Notes: generated by a model from the sequence alone, not told the origin. A stretch of 64,000 nucleotides of DNA from an uncultured Rikenellaceae bacterium (GCA_964507015.1 CAZDOM010000001.1:9227-73226), one strand, 5' to 3'. Shown: positions 28,392-38,130, counted from the first letter of the stretch. A program made the numbers and translations.

Positions 28392-29837
28392 TTGGAAAAG
28401 GTAATAATTTTAATATTAATATTTCTGGAGGCAATAACAGCTTCTATAAGTAAGAAACCGGCCACATCCCCGGATATTATCTCCCAGGTGAACTTTGATC
28501 TTGATTCTATAGAACACAGGGGAAGATTGATAGCAGTAACAGATTATAATTCAACGAATTATTTTATTTACAGGGGTGAGCCGATGGGTTTTCATTATGA
28601 ATTGCTGAAAGCTTTCGCAAATCATATTGGAGTCGATCTTGAGATGGTAACGGAAAACCAGCTCGAAAATGCATTTAGCCTTCTTAATGATGGTAAAGCT
28701 GATCTGCTGGCAATAGGACTTACAGTAAGCGGGACACGTAAGAATGAGATTCTCTTTAGTGATCCTATTTACCAGACCAGGCAGGTACTTGTTCAGAGAA
28801 AACCACTACAATGGCAATCAATGACAAAAGATAACCTGAATAAGAAACTTATCAGGAATCAGCTCGACCTTGCACACAAAACGGTTTTTGTCCAGGAGAG
28901 ATCTTCTCATGCTGAACGCCTTCATTCCCTGGAACAGGAAATAGGTGATTCCATCAACATAATTGAAGTTCCATACGACGCTGAAGAACTCATACAGAAT
29001 GTAGCCGGCAGTGAGATAGATTTTACAGTATGTGATGAGAATATTGCCATGGTAAATTCAATGTATTACTCTGATATTGACATCAAGACACCTGTGAGTT
29101 TCCAACAGAATATAGCATGGGCAGTAAGAAAGGAACACTCGGAAATGCTGCTGAGAGAACTGAATCACTGGCTTAATTCTTATAAAAGGACAGCTGACTA
29201 TGCCCTGTTATATGCAAAGTATTTTAAAAACGAGCGCTCAAGCAGGATAGTTAAGAGTGATTATTATGTAATTACTACCGGAAAGATATCTCGGTGGGAC
29301 GACATGATTAAATCTGCAAGCGGTGATATTAATTGGGATTGGCGTTTGCTTGCATCACTTATTTACCAGGAGTCGCGTTTTAAACCGGATGTAAAATCAT
29401 GGGCAGGAGCCTACGGCCTTATGCAGGTAATGCCGGGAACAGGAAAGAGACTTGGTATTGATATAACTTCATCACCTTCAAACAACATCAAGGCCGGGAC
29501 TTTGTATATCAGCCAGCTTCAGTCTGTTTTTGAGGATAAGATAGATGATAATAACGAAAGAATGAAATTCATACTTGCATCTTATAATGCAGGTCCGGGC
29601 CATGTCCTGGATGCCATGAGACTGGCACAGAAATATGGAATGAACCCACAGAAATGGGATGGAAGCGTTGAATTATGGCTGTCAAGGAAGTCACAACCGG
29701 TATACTATAATGATCCTGTTGTGAAGAGCGGGTATTTCAAAGGTACTGAATCAATCAATTTTGTAACGGAAATACTTGACCGCTTTGAACATTATAAAAA
29801 CTTAATTCCCGATCATTTAAGCCAGAATTACAACTAA
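28392..29837 (+). CDS. MltF-like membrane-bound lytic murein transglycosylase (solute-binding-protein-like domain plus SLT domain)
   Basis: N-terminal SBP_bac_3-like region (GRLIAVTDYNSTNYFIYRGEPMGFHYELLKAF). SLT catalytic motifs LIYQESRFKPD, GLMQVMPGT and SYNAGPGHV. The track ORF starts at TTG 28341. I prefer TTG 28392 (M-EKVIILILIFLEAITA signal), but the start is uncertain. Confidence 0.8.
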   Translation: MEKVIILILIFLEAITASISKKPATSPDIISQVNFDLDSIEHRGRLIAVTDYNSTNYFIYRGEPMGFHYELLKAFANHIGVDLEMVTENQLENAFSLLNDGKADLLAIGLTVSGTRKNEILFSDPIYQTRQVLVQRKPLQWQSMTKDNLNKKLIRNQLDLAHKTVFVQERSSHAERLHSLEQEIGDSINIIEVPYDAEELIQNVAGSEIDFTVCDENIAMVNSMYYSDIDIKTPVSFQQNIAWAVRKEHSEMLLRELNHWLNSYKRTADYALLYAKYFKNERSSRIVKSDYYVITTGKISRWDDMIKSASGDINWDWRLLASLIYQESRFKPDVKSWAGAYGLMQVMPGTGKRLGIDITSSPSNNIKAGTLYISQLQSVFEDKIDDNNERMKFILASYNAGPGHVLDAMRLAQKYGMNPQKWDGSVELWLSRKSQPVYYNDPVVKSGYFKGTESINFVTEILDRFEHYKNLIPDHLSQNYN

Positions 29838-29866
29838 ACACTCTCTTTTTTTACCGACAGATAGCA

Positions 29867-31111
29867 TTAATCATATCTTATTGCTTTCACGGGAGTGATC
29901 CGGCTTATCAGCTTTGAGGGTACCAGAAGCATTATAATGATTGCTACCATAGTCCCTGCATTCAGTAGGATGATGTGAATAAGGTCAAGATTAACAGGAA
30001 CAGTCTTAATATAATATGAAGATGGATCAAGTGTTATCAATCCTGTTTTAAGCTGGATAAATACTATACCAATGCCAATCAGGTTACCCCATAATAATCC
30101 TTTGCTTATAAGATAGGCAGCCTGGTAAAGGAAGACTCTCCTTATTGTAACGTCCTCAGAACCAAGAGCTTTTAATACACCTATCATGTTTGTTTTTTCA
30201 AGTATCAGGATAAGCAGACCTGAGATCATGTTGAACCCGGCAACAACGAGCATAAGGAAAATTATAATAATCACATTGACGTCCTGAAAATTCAACCAGT
30301 CAAATATTTGTGGATACTTCATCCTGATATTGGTGACCTTGAATTTATCTTCATCCTCCAATACCCTGTAACCGATAGCATCTCTTACTGACATCGTTAT
30401 CTCATCAAGACGATCAAAATCTTTTATAAATATTTCAAATCCGCTTATCTGGTCATCACTCCAACCGTTAAGCCGCTTTATGTGACCTATGTCACAAAAA
30501 ACATAGATCTTATCAAACTCTTCGAGACTGGTTTCATAGATACCGCTGACAGTGAATTTTCTCATCCTGGGAGGATCCTGGACAAAATGCATTGCAAAAG
30601 AATCGCCTGTCTTCAGCCGAAGCATATCGGATATCTTCTTTGAAATAATCACCTCATTTGTGCGGGCGGTATCTGTTACTGTAAATACTTTTCCTTCTAC
30701 CATGTTCCGGCTGAAGTAGCTCCAGTCAAAATCACTTCCTATACCCTTCAGAATCACACCCTGAAAATCTGCCTCTGTCTTTATTATTCCTGCTTTTGTG
30801 GCATATACCTGTATATGTGTGATTCCGGGTATATTTTTTATTTTGGGAATAAAGTCCTGATCCTGGTTTATCGGTGCTGTCTCAAATGAAATATTTGAAT
30901 CAAAATTTGAGATCTGGATATTTGATCCGAAACCCACTATTTTCTCCCTGATCTGTTGTTTAAAGCCTGTAAGTATTGAAACTGCAACGATCATCACAGC
31001 TAGTCCCATGGCTATACCTGTTATGGCAATGACATTTATCGGCCTTGAGAAAGAGGTTCCTTCCCGCCTGCCTTTTATGAGTCGTTGTGCTATGAAGTAT
31101 GGTAAATTCAT
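29867..31111 (-). CDS. LolC/LolE-like ABC transporter permease (FtsX/MacB-type)
   Basis: 414 aa. N-terminus MNLPYFIAQRLIKG, TM1, a large periplasmic domain, then three C-terminal TMs of the FtsX-like fold. Confidence 0.8.
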   Translation of the reverse strand: MNLPYFIAQRLIKGRREGTSFSRPINVIAITGIAMGLAVMIVAVSILTGFKQQIREKIVGFGSNIQISNFDSNISFETAPINQDQDFIPKIKNIPGITHIQVYATKAGIIKTEADFQGVILKGIGSDFDWSYFSRNMVEGKVFTVTDTARTNEVIISKKISDMLRLKTGDSFAMHFVQDPPRMRKFTVSGIYETSLEEFDKIYVFCDIGHIKRLNGWSDDQISGFEIFIKDFDRLDEITMSVRDAIGYRVLEDEDKFKVTNIRMKYPQIFDWLNFQDVNVIIIIFLMLVVAGFNMISGLLILILEKTNMIGVLKALGSEDVTIRRVFLYQAAYLISKGLLWGNLIGIGIVFIQLKTGLITLDPSSYYIKTVPVNLDLIHIILLNAGTMVAIIIMLLVPSKLISRITPVKAIRYD

Positions 31112-31124
31112 CCTAAACAGGATT

Positions 31125-31132
31125 CAAATTTA
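31125..31132 (-). promoter_or_regulatory. -7 promoter box (TAAATTTG on the minus strand) for the LolE-like gene
   Basis: The plus strand reads CAAATTTA, 14 nt upstream of the start codon at 31111. Confidence 0.4.
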
Positions 31133-31242
31133 ACAATTTCTCTGTGGAACTCCGTATCTTCTCTGTGTAACTCTCCCGATAAATCGGGAAAAGTTGTGTG
31201 AGTTCTTATTTTTGTTAATAATTGACATAAACATAAAATCTG

Positions 31243-31250
31243 TAGATTTG
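31243..31250 (+). promoter_or_regulatory. -7 promoter box TAGATTTG for the NamZ-like gene
   Basis: TAnnTTTG match 18 nt upstream of ATG 31269. A second candidate, TATTTTTG, sits at 31207-31214. Confidence 0.4.
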
Positions 31251-31268
31251 CTGTAAAGTATTATTAAA

Positions 31269-32432
31269 ATGGGAAGACTAATTACATTTCTATTGGTCAG
31301 CATAATGGCATATTCATGCTCCGGTAGTGAAAACAAACCTGTTCCGGGTGCAAACAGGATAGAGGAGTATAAACATCTTATTGAGGGTAAGGCTGTTGCA
31401 GTAGTGGCCAATCAGACCTCAATGATAGGGCAAACTCATATTGTGGATAATCTGCTGAATATCGGGATTGATATTAAAGTGATCTTTGCTCCTGAGCATG
31501 GTTTCAGAGAGCTGGCATCTGATGGAGCTACAATTCAGAATGGTAGCGACCCTGTTAGCGGGATTAAAATTATGAGTCTGTATGGAACCCGGATAAAACC
31601 ATCTCCGGAGGACCTTGAAGGTATAGATGTGGTATTATTCGATATACAGGATGTGGGTGTAAGGTTCTATACATACATCTCAACACTTCATTATTTGATG
31701 GAGGCATGTGCAGAAAACAATGTAAAATGTATTGTTCTGGACAGACCGAATCCCAATGGTTTTTATGTCGACGGGAATATTGCTGACACATCATATAGTT
31801 CATTTGTAGCAATGCATCCCGTACCAATTGTTCATGGAATGACAATCGGAGAATATGCACAAATGATAAACGGAGAAAAATGGCTGGCAAATGGCGTACA
31901 ATGTGATCTTTCGGTTATTAAGTGTAAAGATTACACTCATAAAGCTCTCTATGAACTGCCAGTGAGACCTTCACCCAATCTGCCAAACCAGACATCAGTA
32001 TATCTCTATCCTTCAATATGTTTCTTTGAGGGAACCAGAGTATCATTAGGCCGGGGGACTCCATTTCCTTTCCAGGTTTACGGATCACCTCTTTTACCCG
32101 ACAGGGGATTCAGCTTTACACCTGAGAGTCGTTCCGAATCAACAAATCCTCCTCTTCGTGGAGAGAAGTGCTTTGGGCTTGATCTCCGCAATGCAATTAA
32201 TGATAAGATAGTACCCTCACCCGGTATAAACCTTCAGTGGGTAATTGATGCATATAATGAATATCCTGACAAGGGAAATTTCTTTACTCCCTATTTTGAC
32301 ATACTTGCAGCCGGACCGACATTGCGTGAACAGATATTGAAGAGGATGACAGCTCAGGAGATCAACGATTCATGGAAAGAGGGTCTGAAAGAATTTGAAA
32401 AAATAAGAGAGAAGTATCTGCTGTACCCCTGA
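31269..32432 (+). CDS. DUF1343 / NamZ-family exo-beta-N-acetylmuramidase-like protein
   Basis: 387 aa with a lipoprotein-like signal (LLVSIMAYSCSG). VAVVANQTSM, IFAPEHGF, FDIQDVGVRFYTY and LDRPNP blocks are typical of DUF1343. Confidence 0.75.
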   Translation: MGRLITFLLVSIMAYSCSGSENKPVPGANRIEEYKHLIEGKAVAVVANQTSMIGQTHIVDNLLNIGIDIKVIFAPEHGFRELASDGATIQNGSDPVSGIKIMSLYGTRIKPSPEDLEGIDVVLFDIQDVGVRFYTYISTLHYLMEACAENNVKCIVLDRPNPNGFYVDGNIADTSYSSFVAMHPVPIVHGMTIGEYAQMINGEKWLANGVQCDLSVIKCKDYTHKALYELPVRPSPNLPNQTSVYLYPSICFFEGTRVSLGRGTPFPFQVYGSPLLPDRGFSFTPESRSESTNPPLRGEKCFGLDLRNAINDKIVPSPGINLQWVIDAYNEYPDKGNFFTPYFDILAAGPTLREQILKRMTAQEINDSWKEGLKEFEKIREKYLLYP

Positions 32433-32448
32433 ACCCCCTCCCGATAGC

Positions 32449-32466
32449 TCCCGATAGCTATCGGGA
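32449..32466. terminator. 18-nt perfect palindrome in a 58-bp convergent spacer, a likely bidirectional terminator
   Basis: TCCCGATAG/CTATCGGGA lies between the NamZ-like stop (32432) and the aminotransferase stop (32491). It is preceded by a direct copy of CCCGATAGC. Confidence 0.5.
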
Positions 32467-32490
32467 CGGGACGGGTTGGGACGGGACCCT

Positions 32491-33696
32491 CTAAAGGGGG
32501 GTAATTCTTCCCGGATACACTTTTAGTGCTTCGTCAAGTATCTCAATTGCATTTTTAAGGTCATCTATCTTCAAAACATAGGCGATCCTTACTTCATTCT
32601 TCCCATATCCCGGTGTGGAATAGAAACCGGATGCCGGGGCAATCATAACAGTATGGTTTTTATATTCAAATTCCTCGAGAAGCCATTGTGCAAATTTATC
32701 GGTATCATCAACAGGAAGCCGTACTACAGTATAAAAAGCACCCTTAGGTTTGGGACAGTAAACACCCGGGATTTTATTTAGCGCATCAACCATAAAATTA
32801 CGGCGCGCCGTATATTCCCTGTTGACCTCCATGAAATATTCAAGAGGTGTATCTATTGAAGCTTCTCCTGCAATCTGGCCCAGTCCGGGAGGAGACAGGC
32901 GGGCCTGTGCAAATTTAAGGGCTGTGGAAAGAAGTTCCCTGTTTTTTGTAACCAAAGCTCCAATACGTACACCACATTCGCTATAACGTTTTGATACAGA
33001 GTCAATAAGCACAACGTTATTCTCGATACCGGTAAGCTTCATGGCTGAAAAATGTTCTGCACCATCGTAACAAAACTCCCTGTATGCTTCGTCGGAAAAG
33101 AGCCAGAGATCATATCTCTTTACAATATCCTTTAACTGCAGAAGCTCCTCTTTTGAATAAAGATATCCGGTAGGATTATTTGGATTGGCAATGATGATCC
33201 CTTTAGTTTTTGGTGTTATCTTTTTTTCAATTTCTGCTATCGGAGGAAGTGCAAAATCATCTTTAATATATGATGTAACAGGAATTATCTTTACCCCGGC
33301 AGATGTTGCAAAGCCATTATAGTTTGCATAGAAGGGTTCCGGTGTGATAACTTCGTCACCGGCATTTATGCAGGAATTTATTGCAAACAGGATAGCCTCT
33401 GATCCTCCTGTTGTAATAAGTAGTTCAGTATGATCTATGTCAATACCAATATTCCGGTAGAAGCCTGCCAGCTTACGGCGATATGATTCATTACCGGCAG
33501 AATGACTGTATTCAATTACCTTCTGATCAAGATTCCGTATAGCATTGAGAGCAACTTCAGGAGTAGGGATATCAGGCTGTCCGATGTTTAAATGATAAAC
33601 CTTCCTTCCTTTTCTTTTTGCTTCTTCAGCATAGGGAACCAGTTTACGTATCGGCGAGGCCGGCATTGCTTTGCCCTTTTCAGATATTGATGGCAT
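32491..33696 (-). CDS. class I/II pyridoxal-phosphate-dependent aminotransferase (aspartate aminotransferase-like)
   Basis: 401 aa. NIGQPDIPTP, NPNNPTG and the PLP-lysine block SVSKRYSECGVRIG. Confidence 0.85.
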   Translation of the reverse strand: MPSISEKGKAMPASPIRKLVPYAEEAKRKGRKVYHLNIGQPDIPTPEVALNAIRNLDQKVIEYSHSAGNESYRRKLAGFYRNIGIDIDHTELLITTGGSEAILFAINSCINAGDEVITPEPFYANYNGFATSAGVKIIPVTSYIKDDFALPPIAEIEKKITPKTKGIIIANPNNPTGYLYSKEELLQLKDIVKRYDLWLFSDEAYREFCYDGAEHFSAMKLTGIENNVVLIDSVSKRYSECGVRIGALVTKNRELLSTALKFAQARLSPPGLGQIAGEASIDTPLEYFMEVNREYTARRNFMVDALNKIPGVYCPKPKGAFYTVVRLPVDDTDKFAQWLLEEFEYKNHTVMIAPASGFYSTPGYGKNEVRIAYVLKIDDLKNAIEILDEALKVYPGRITPL

Positions 33697-33728
33697 GATG
33701 ACTACTGTTAATAATAAATAACAACGAA

Positions 33729-33736
33729 CAAAATTA
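33729..33736 (-). promoter_or_regulatory. -7 promoter box (TAATTTTG on the minus strand) for the aminotransferase
   Basis: The plus strand reads CAAAATTA, 33 nt upstream of the start codon at 33696. Confidence 0.45.
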
Positions 33737-33824
33737 ATTAAAAAGTTACATTAATAATATTATATACTCACAAGATCGTTTGAATTAGCTGCCGTACAAA
33801 ATGAAAGAAAAATTGCACGATTCA

Positions 33825-34026
33825 AGGAACCCCGCTTTGCGGGATAAACTCCGTGATGCAGTTCCGCGCAGCGGAAGCATGATTGCATAATTCTGTTTGA
33901 AACCCACCCCTTAATTTCGTTTCTCAACTCCCTCAATCCCCTTCAACTCCCCTGTCCTCCGACTCCGTCAGACGGAGTCCGAAGCTTCAGCGAAGGAGGG
34001 TTCAACCCCCTTCAACCTTCTTCAAC
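33825..34026. repeat. hairpin-dense, C-rich non-coding island (REP/MITE-like) between two divergent promoters
   Basis: Hairpins: CCCGC-TTT-GCGGG (33831-33843), TTCCGC-GCA-GCGGAA (33862-33876) and GACTCCGTC-A-GACGGAGTC (33961-33979). The last is enclosed by CCTCC...GGAGG (33956-33999). There are also about six TCAAC/TCAAT-Cn direct repeats. Confidence 0.6.
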
Positions 34027-34046
34027 AATGATTTAATAATTATTTC

Positions 34047-34054
34047 TAATTTTG
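34047..34054 (+). promoter_or_regulatory. -7 promoter box TAATTTTG for valS
   Basis: Exact TAnnTTTG match 30 nt upstream of ATG 34085. Confidence 0.5.
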
Positions 34055-34084
34055 CACATCAAATGACCTGACTACAACCTATAA

Positions 34085-36718
34085 ATGGAATTACCCTCAA
34101 AATACGAACCCGGGAAATCAGAAAGCAAATGGTATGATTACTGGATGAAATATGGTTTCTTCAAAAGTATTCCTGATAACAGGGAACCATATACAGTTGT
34201 TATCCCCCCTCCAAATGTGACAGGTGTCCTGCATATGGGACATATGCTCAATAATACGATCCAGGATGTGCTGGTACGCAGGGCCAGGATGCTTGGAAAG
34301 AATGCATGCTGGGTACCCGGTACCGATCATGCTTCAATAGCTACCGAAGCTAAAGTCGTTGCCAAACTTAAAAGTGAAGGTATTGAAAAAAGAAACCTTT
34401 CCAGGGAAGAGTTCCTTGAACATGCATGGGAATGGACCCGGAAACATGGAGGGATAATTCTTGAACAGCTTAAAAGACTAGGCGCATCATGTGACTGGGA
34501 CAGAACTCTTTTTACAATGGACGAAAAGAGATATGACTCTGTAATAAAGGTATTTGTGGATCTGTTTAATAAGGATTTGATATACAGGGGAGTACGAATG
34601 GTAAACTGGGATCCGAAGGCAAGAACGGCTGTCTCGGATGAGGAGGTTTATTTTACAGAGGAGGAGTCGACACTATATTATGTCAGATATAAAATTGTCG
34701 GCTGGAACGATTATATTACTGTTGCCACAACACGTCCTGAGACCATCCTTGGGGATACCGCAGTTTGTGCCAATCCGAATGACAAGAGGTATCAGCACCT
34801 GAAAGGCAAGAGCGTTATTGTTCCGATGGCAAACAGGGAAGTCCCATTCATTTTCGATGAGTATGTTGACATGGAGTTTGGTACAGGCTGCCTCAAGATA
34901 ACCCCGGCACATGATGTCAATGATTATCTGATAGGTCAGAAATACAATCTCCCTTCGATAGATATTTTTAATGATGATGGTACTATAAGTTCTGAAGCCC
35001 CAATGTTTGGAGGAGTAGACAGGTTTGCTGCAAAAGATCTGGCTGAACAGGAACTCCGGAGAACAGGGAACCTGATTAAAGTAGTACCTTATAAGAATAA
35101 GATCGGTCGTTCGGAACGTACACACGCTGTTATTGAACCTAAATTATCGATGCAGTGGTTCCTTAAGATGGACAAGATTTCACCTCCGGCACTCGATGCG
35201 GTTATGAATGGCGATGTACATCTTCATCCTCCGAAGTTCAAAAACCTGTATAAGCACTGGATGGAGAATGTACATGACTGGTGCATAAGCCGCCAGCTGT
35301 GGTGGGGTCACAGGATACCGGCATGGTACTATGATAACAATGATTTTGTTGTCGCCGGTAATATTTCAGAGGCCCTGGCCCTGGCAAGGAAGAAGAGCGG
35401 AAATAAATCACTCGGTGAATCTGATCTCAGGCAGGATGAGGATGTGCTTGACACATGGTTCTCATCATGGCTCTGGCCTATCACATCATTCGATGGTATA
35501 AATAAACCGGATAACCCCGACCTTAAGTATTATTATCCTACAAATGACCTGATTACAGCTCCGGATATACTCTTTTTCTGGGTTGCTAGAATGATTATTG
35601 CAGGTTATGAATTTATGGATCAGAAACCCTTTGATAATGTATACCTGACAGGAATGGTCCGTGATCAGCAAAGAAGAAAAATGTCAAAATCACTGGGCAA
35701 TTCACCTGAACCTCTGAAGCTTATTGAGAAATACGGCGCCGACGGAGTAAGAGTGGGTATGCTGTTATGCTCACCGGCAGGCAATGACCTGCTCTATGAT
35801 GATTCTCTGCCTGAACAGGGACGTAATTTTGCCAATAAGATATGGAATGCATTCAGGCTTGTAAAAGGATGGAAGGTTGATGATAATATCGATCAGCCTG
35901 CCTCTTCGGCAGCTGCTATAAAATGGATGAGTGAGATCATAAATAAATCAACAGCAGAAATTGATGCCAACTTCCGGAGATTCCGTATTTCTGAGGCACT
36001 TATGACAGTATATAAGCTGTTCTGGGATGAGTTTTCATCATGGTACCTGGAGACTATTAAACCCGAGTTTGAGAAAACAGTTGACAGAAAAACATATGAT
36101 ACTACTGTTACATTTTTTGATAAACTGCTAAGGTTAATACATCCTTTCATGCCATTTATTACGGAAGAGATCTGGCAACTCCTCAATGAGAGAAAAGAGG
36201 GAGAGAGCATTATGATAAGCAGATTGCCGGATATAAATAAATATGACAGGGAACTTACTGATAAATTTGAGTTTATAAAAGAGTGTGTTAGTGCAGTAAG
36301 AACGGTGAGAAGAGAAAAGGGAATTGCAAACAGGGATAAGCTGTTTCTTCAAATAAAAACAACTGAAAAGGAGTTTAATAGTGAATTTTTACCGGTACTT
36401 ACAAGGCTTTGCAACTTATCAGATATAAAATTTGTAAAGAATAAACAGGCCGGAGCAGCATCTTTTATGATCAGAACGGTTGAGTTTTTTATTCCGGTGG
36501 GTGATAAATTTAATATCGATGACGAAGTTGCAAGGATAGAAGATGAACTAAACTATTATAGTGGTTTTCTTGCCTCAGTCATGAAGAAGCTTGATAATGA
36601 GCATTTTGTAAAGAATGCGCCGGCAAACGTCCTGGAAATAGAAAAAAAGAAGAAAAGCGATGCTGAGACTAAAATAAACTCACTTGAAGAAAGGCTTAGG
36701 GAGCTGAAGAAAAACTAA
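34085..36718 (+). CDS. valS: valine--tRNA ligase
   Basis: 877 aa. [13 protein letters not shown] (HIGH) and KMSKSLGN (KMSKS) motifs. C-terminal coiled coil. Confidence 0.96.
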   Translation: MELPSKYEPGKSESKWYDYWMKYGFFKSIPDNREPYTVVIPPPNVTGVLHMGHMLNNTIQDVLVRRARMLGKNACWVPGTDHASIATEAKVVAKLKSEGIEKRNLSREEFLEHAWEWTRKHGGIILEQLKRLGASCDWDRTLFTMDEKRYDSVIKVFVDLFNKDLIYRGVRMVNWDPKARTAVSDEEVYFTEEESTLYYVRYKIVGWNDYITVATTRPETILGDTAVCANPNDKRYQHLKGKSVIVPMANREVPFIFDEYVDMEFGTGCLKITPAHDVNDYLIGQKYNLPSIDIFNDDGTISSEAPMFGGVDRFAAKDLAEQELRRTGNLIKVVPYKNKIGRSERTHAVIEPKLSMQWFLKMDKISPPALDAVMNGDVHLHPPKFKNLYKHWMENVHDWCISRQLWWGHRIPAWYYDNNDFVVAGNISEALALARKKSGNKSLGESDLRQDEDVLDTWFSSWLWPITSFDGINKPDNPDLKYYYPTNDLITAPDILFFWVARMIIAGYEFMDQKPFDNVYLTGMVRDQQRRKMSKSLGNSPEPLKLIEKYGADGVRVGMLLCSPAGNDLLYDDSLPEQGRNFANKIWNAFRLVKGWKVDDNIDQPASSAAAIKWMSEIINKSTAEIDANFRRFRISEALMTVYKLFWDEFSSWYLETIKPEFEKTVDRKTYDTTVTFFDKLLRLIHPFMPFITEEIWQLLNERKEGESIMISRLPDINKYDRELTDKFEFIKECVSAVRTVRREKGIANRDKLFLQIKTTEKEFNSEFLPVLTRLCNLSDIKFVKNKQAGAASFMIRTVEFFIPVGDKFNIDDEVARIEDELNYYSGFLASVMKKLDNEHFVKNAPANVLEIEKKKKSDAETKINSLEERLRELKKN

Positions 36719-36725
36719 CCGGTAA

Positions 36726-38027
36726 TCATTGCGTAATCTTCCTGAGATAATAACTTTGATCTGCCCGGACAACTTCCCAGTCGTTGTTAAGTATAAGGTG
36801 CCATCCTTCTCCCTCTATCCTGTTACGGTCTTCCTTGAATCCTTTTGCAGTTATACGACCATATTTGAGGTTATTTGATATCAGGCAGCCGCCTTTGTCA
36901 ACAGTCAGTTTCCCCCAGTTATCTGATATTCTTATCCGGTTATATATTGTACCAAGTGTGTCGAGAGGCCTGATGTCTTCCTGCTCAAAATCAAAATATG
37001 GACTTTTCAGTTCAAGCAGAACGACAGGTTTTTCCACAAATTTTGAAATACGCCGATTTATCCATTCTTTTATTGCCCTTTCCCTCTCAGCCTCTTCAGC
37101 GACTATTGTTTCAAATTTGTAATTAAGAGCTATACTGCCTGCCACATCACGACACACTTCAGGGCACTGGATATCATAAAGTTCCTTTACAATTTTTGTA
37201 AGATCCTCATTCTCAGAATGGATAGTTGTAAAATCAAAGCCCTTTTGCCACATTAAAGTGGCATATAAAGCTCCATGGATCAAACCATAGGAACGGGCAA
37301 AGGAAGGGAATGAATATATCCTTTCTAAAGATTCAAAAAGGCTTGCCCTGAATTCTTCTGTGGAACCTGTGGATAAAAGAATATTGGTAAAGGTGGCAAG
37401 TCCCTCATAGTTCTCAAACCTGATCTCATCGTTTATGTAATTTTTATAGGTCTCATGATTTGCTCCCCTGAATATCAGGGCATCTCTTATAGCAAGCTCT
37501 TTCTCCGGTCCGTCTGTATCTATTGCCTTTCGGAGAGCTTTCCATTCTAGCTTGAGCCAGATCCTGGCATTCTTTTCATCCATGATCGAGGTATTGAAGC
37601 CGGAAGATTTATAGCCTGTTGATTCCTGGAAAAGATGGAAAAGGCTATGTATGGACCATGATATTATCCTCGCCTCATCCTTTTCTGACGGCAATGGGAC
37701 AAGGGCAAAAAGAGTACCTCCGAATTCAATAGCTCTGTTATTTATAATCATTTCTTTTGGATACAGACCGGTATAAATACCATCTCTTGCTTTCAATATA
37801 CCGTCATGATCAGGCTGATTGGCTGTTATTCTCCTGGTTGATCTGTCGACAAACATCAAAGGTCCATATAGATTTTTCCCCCAGAGCTTACCATCATCCC
37901 TGTTACAGAGCTCTTCTATCTTATTGAAATACTGAATTGCAACTTCGGGTGTTAAATATGAATCATCTTCTTTAGTCTTGCATCCTGTAAGGCCAAACAA
38001 GACAAGAAAAAATATCCATCTTTTCAT
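36726..38027 (-). CDS. hypothetical lipoprotein
   Basis: 433 aa. Lipoprotein signal MKRWIFFLVLFGLTGCK. I recognise no family. Confidence 0.5.
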   Translation of the reverse strand: MKRWIFFLVLFGLTGCKTKEDDSYLTPEVAIQYFNKIEELCNRDDGKLWGKNLYGPLMFVDRSTRRITANQPDHDGILKARDGIYTGLYPKEMIINNRAIEFGGTLFALVPLPSEKDEARIISWSIHSLFHLFQESTGYKSSGFNTSIMDEKNARIWLKLEWKALRKAIDTDGPEKELAIRDALIFRGANHETYKNYINDEIRFENYEGLATFTNILLSTGSTEEFRASLFESLERIYSFPSFARSYGLIHGALYATLMWQKGFDFTTIHSENEDLTKIVKELYDIQCPEVCRDVAGSIALNYKFETIVAEEAERERAIKEWINRRISKFVEKPVVLLELKSPYFDFEQEDIRPLDTLGTIYNRIRISDNWGKLTVDKGGCLISNNLKYGRITAKGFKEDRNRIEGEGWHLILNNDWEVVRADQSYYLRKITQ

Positions 38028-38074
38028 TAGCAGAATTTTAAGCGGATAAAAATATCAAAATTCTTTCATTTTGT

Positions 38075-38082
38075 CAAAATTA
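38075..38082 (-). promoter_or_regulatory. -7 promoter box (TAATTTTG on the minus strand) for the 433-aa lipoprotein gene
   Basis: The plus strand reads CAAAATTA, 48 nt upstream of the start at 38027. Confidence 0.4.
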
Positions 38083-38130
38083 AGATTAACAGTATAAGAC
38101 ATTTATCATTATCTGTTACGATTTAATATT

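Noticed and set aside
33697-34084. Riboswitch, T-box or leader RNA for valS, or for the aminotransferase
   Set aside because: Both genes have exact TAATTTTG -7 boxes lying between the structured island and their start codons, so the island should not be part of either 5' UTR. I recognised no known riboswitch core. It is kept as an unexplained-island finding instead.
36726-38027. Possible metallopeptidase call for the 433-aa lipoprotein, based on the HSLFH motif
   Set aside because: The motif is H-S-L-F-H, not HExxH, because the catalytic Glu is missing. There is no third-ligand motif I can identify, so no enzymatic call is justified.
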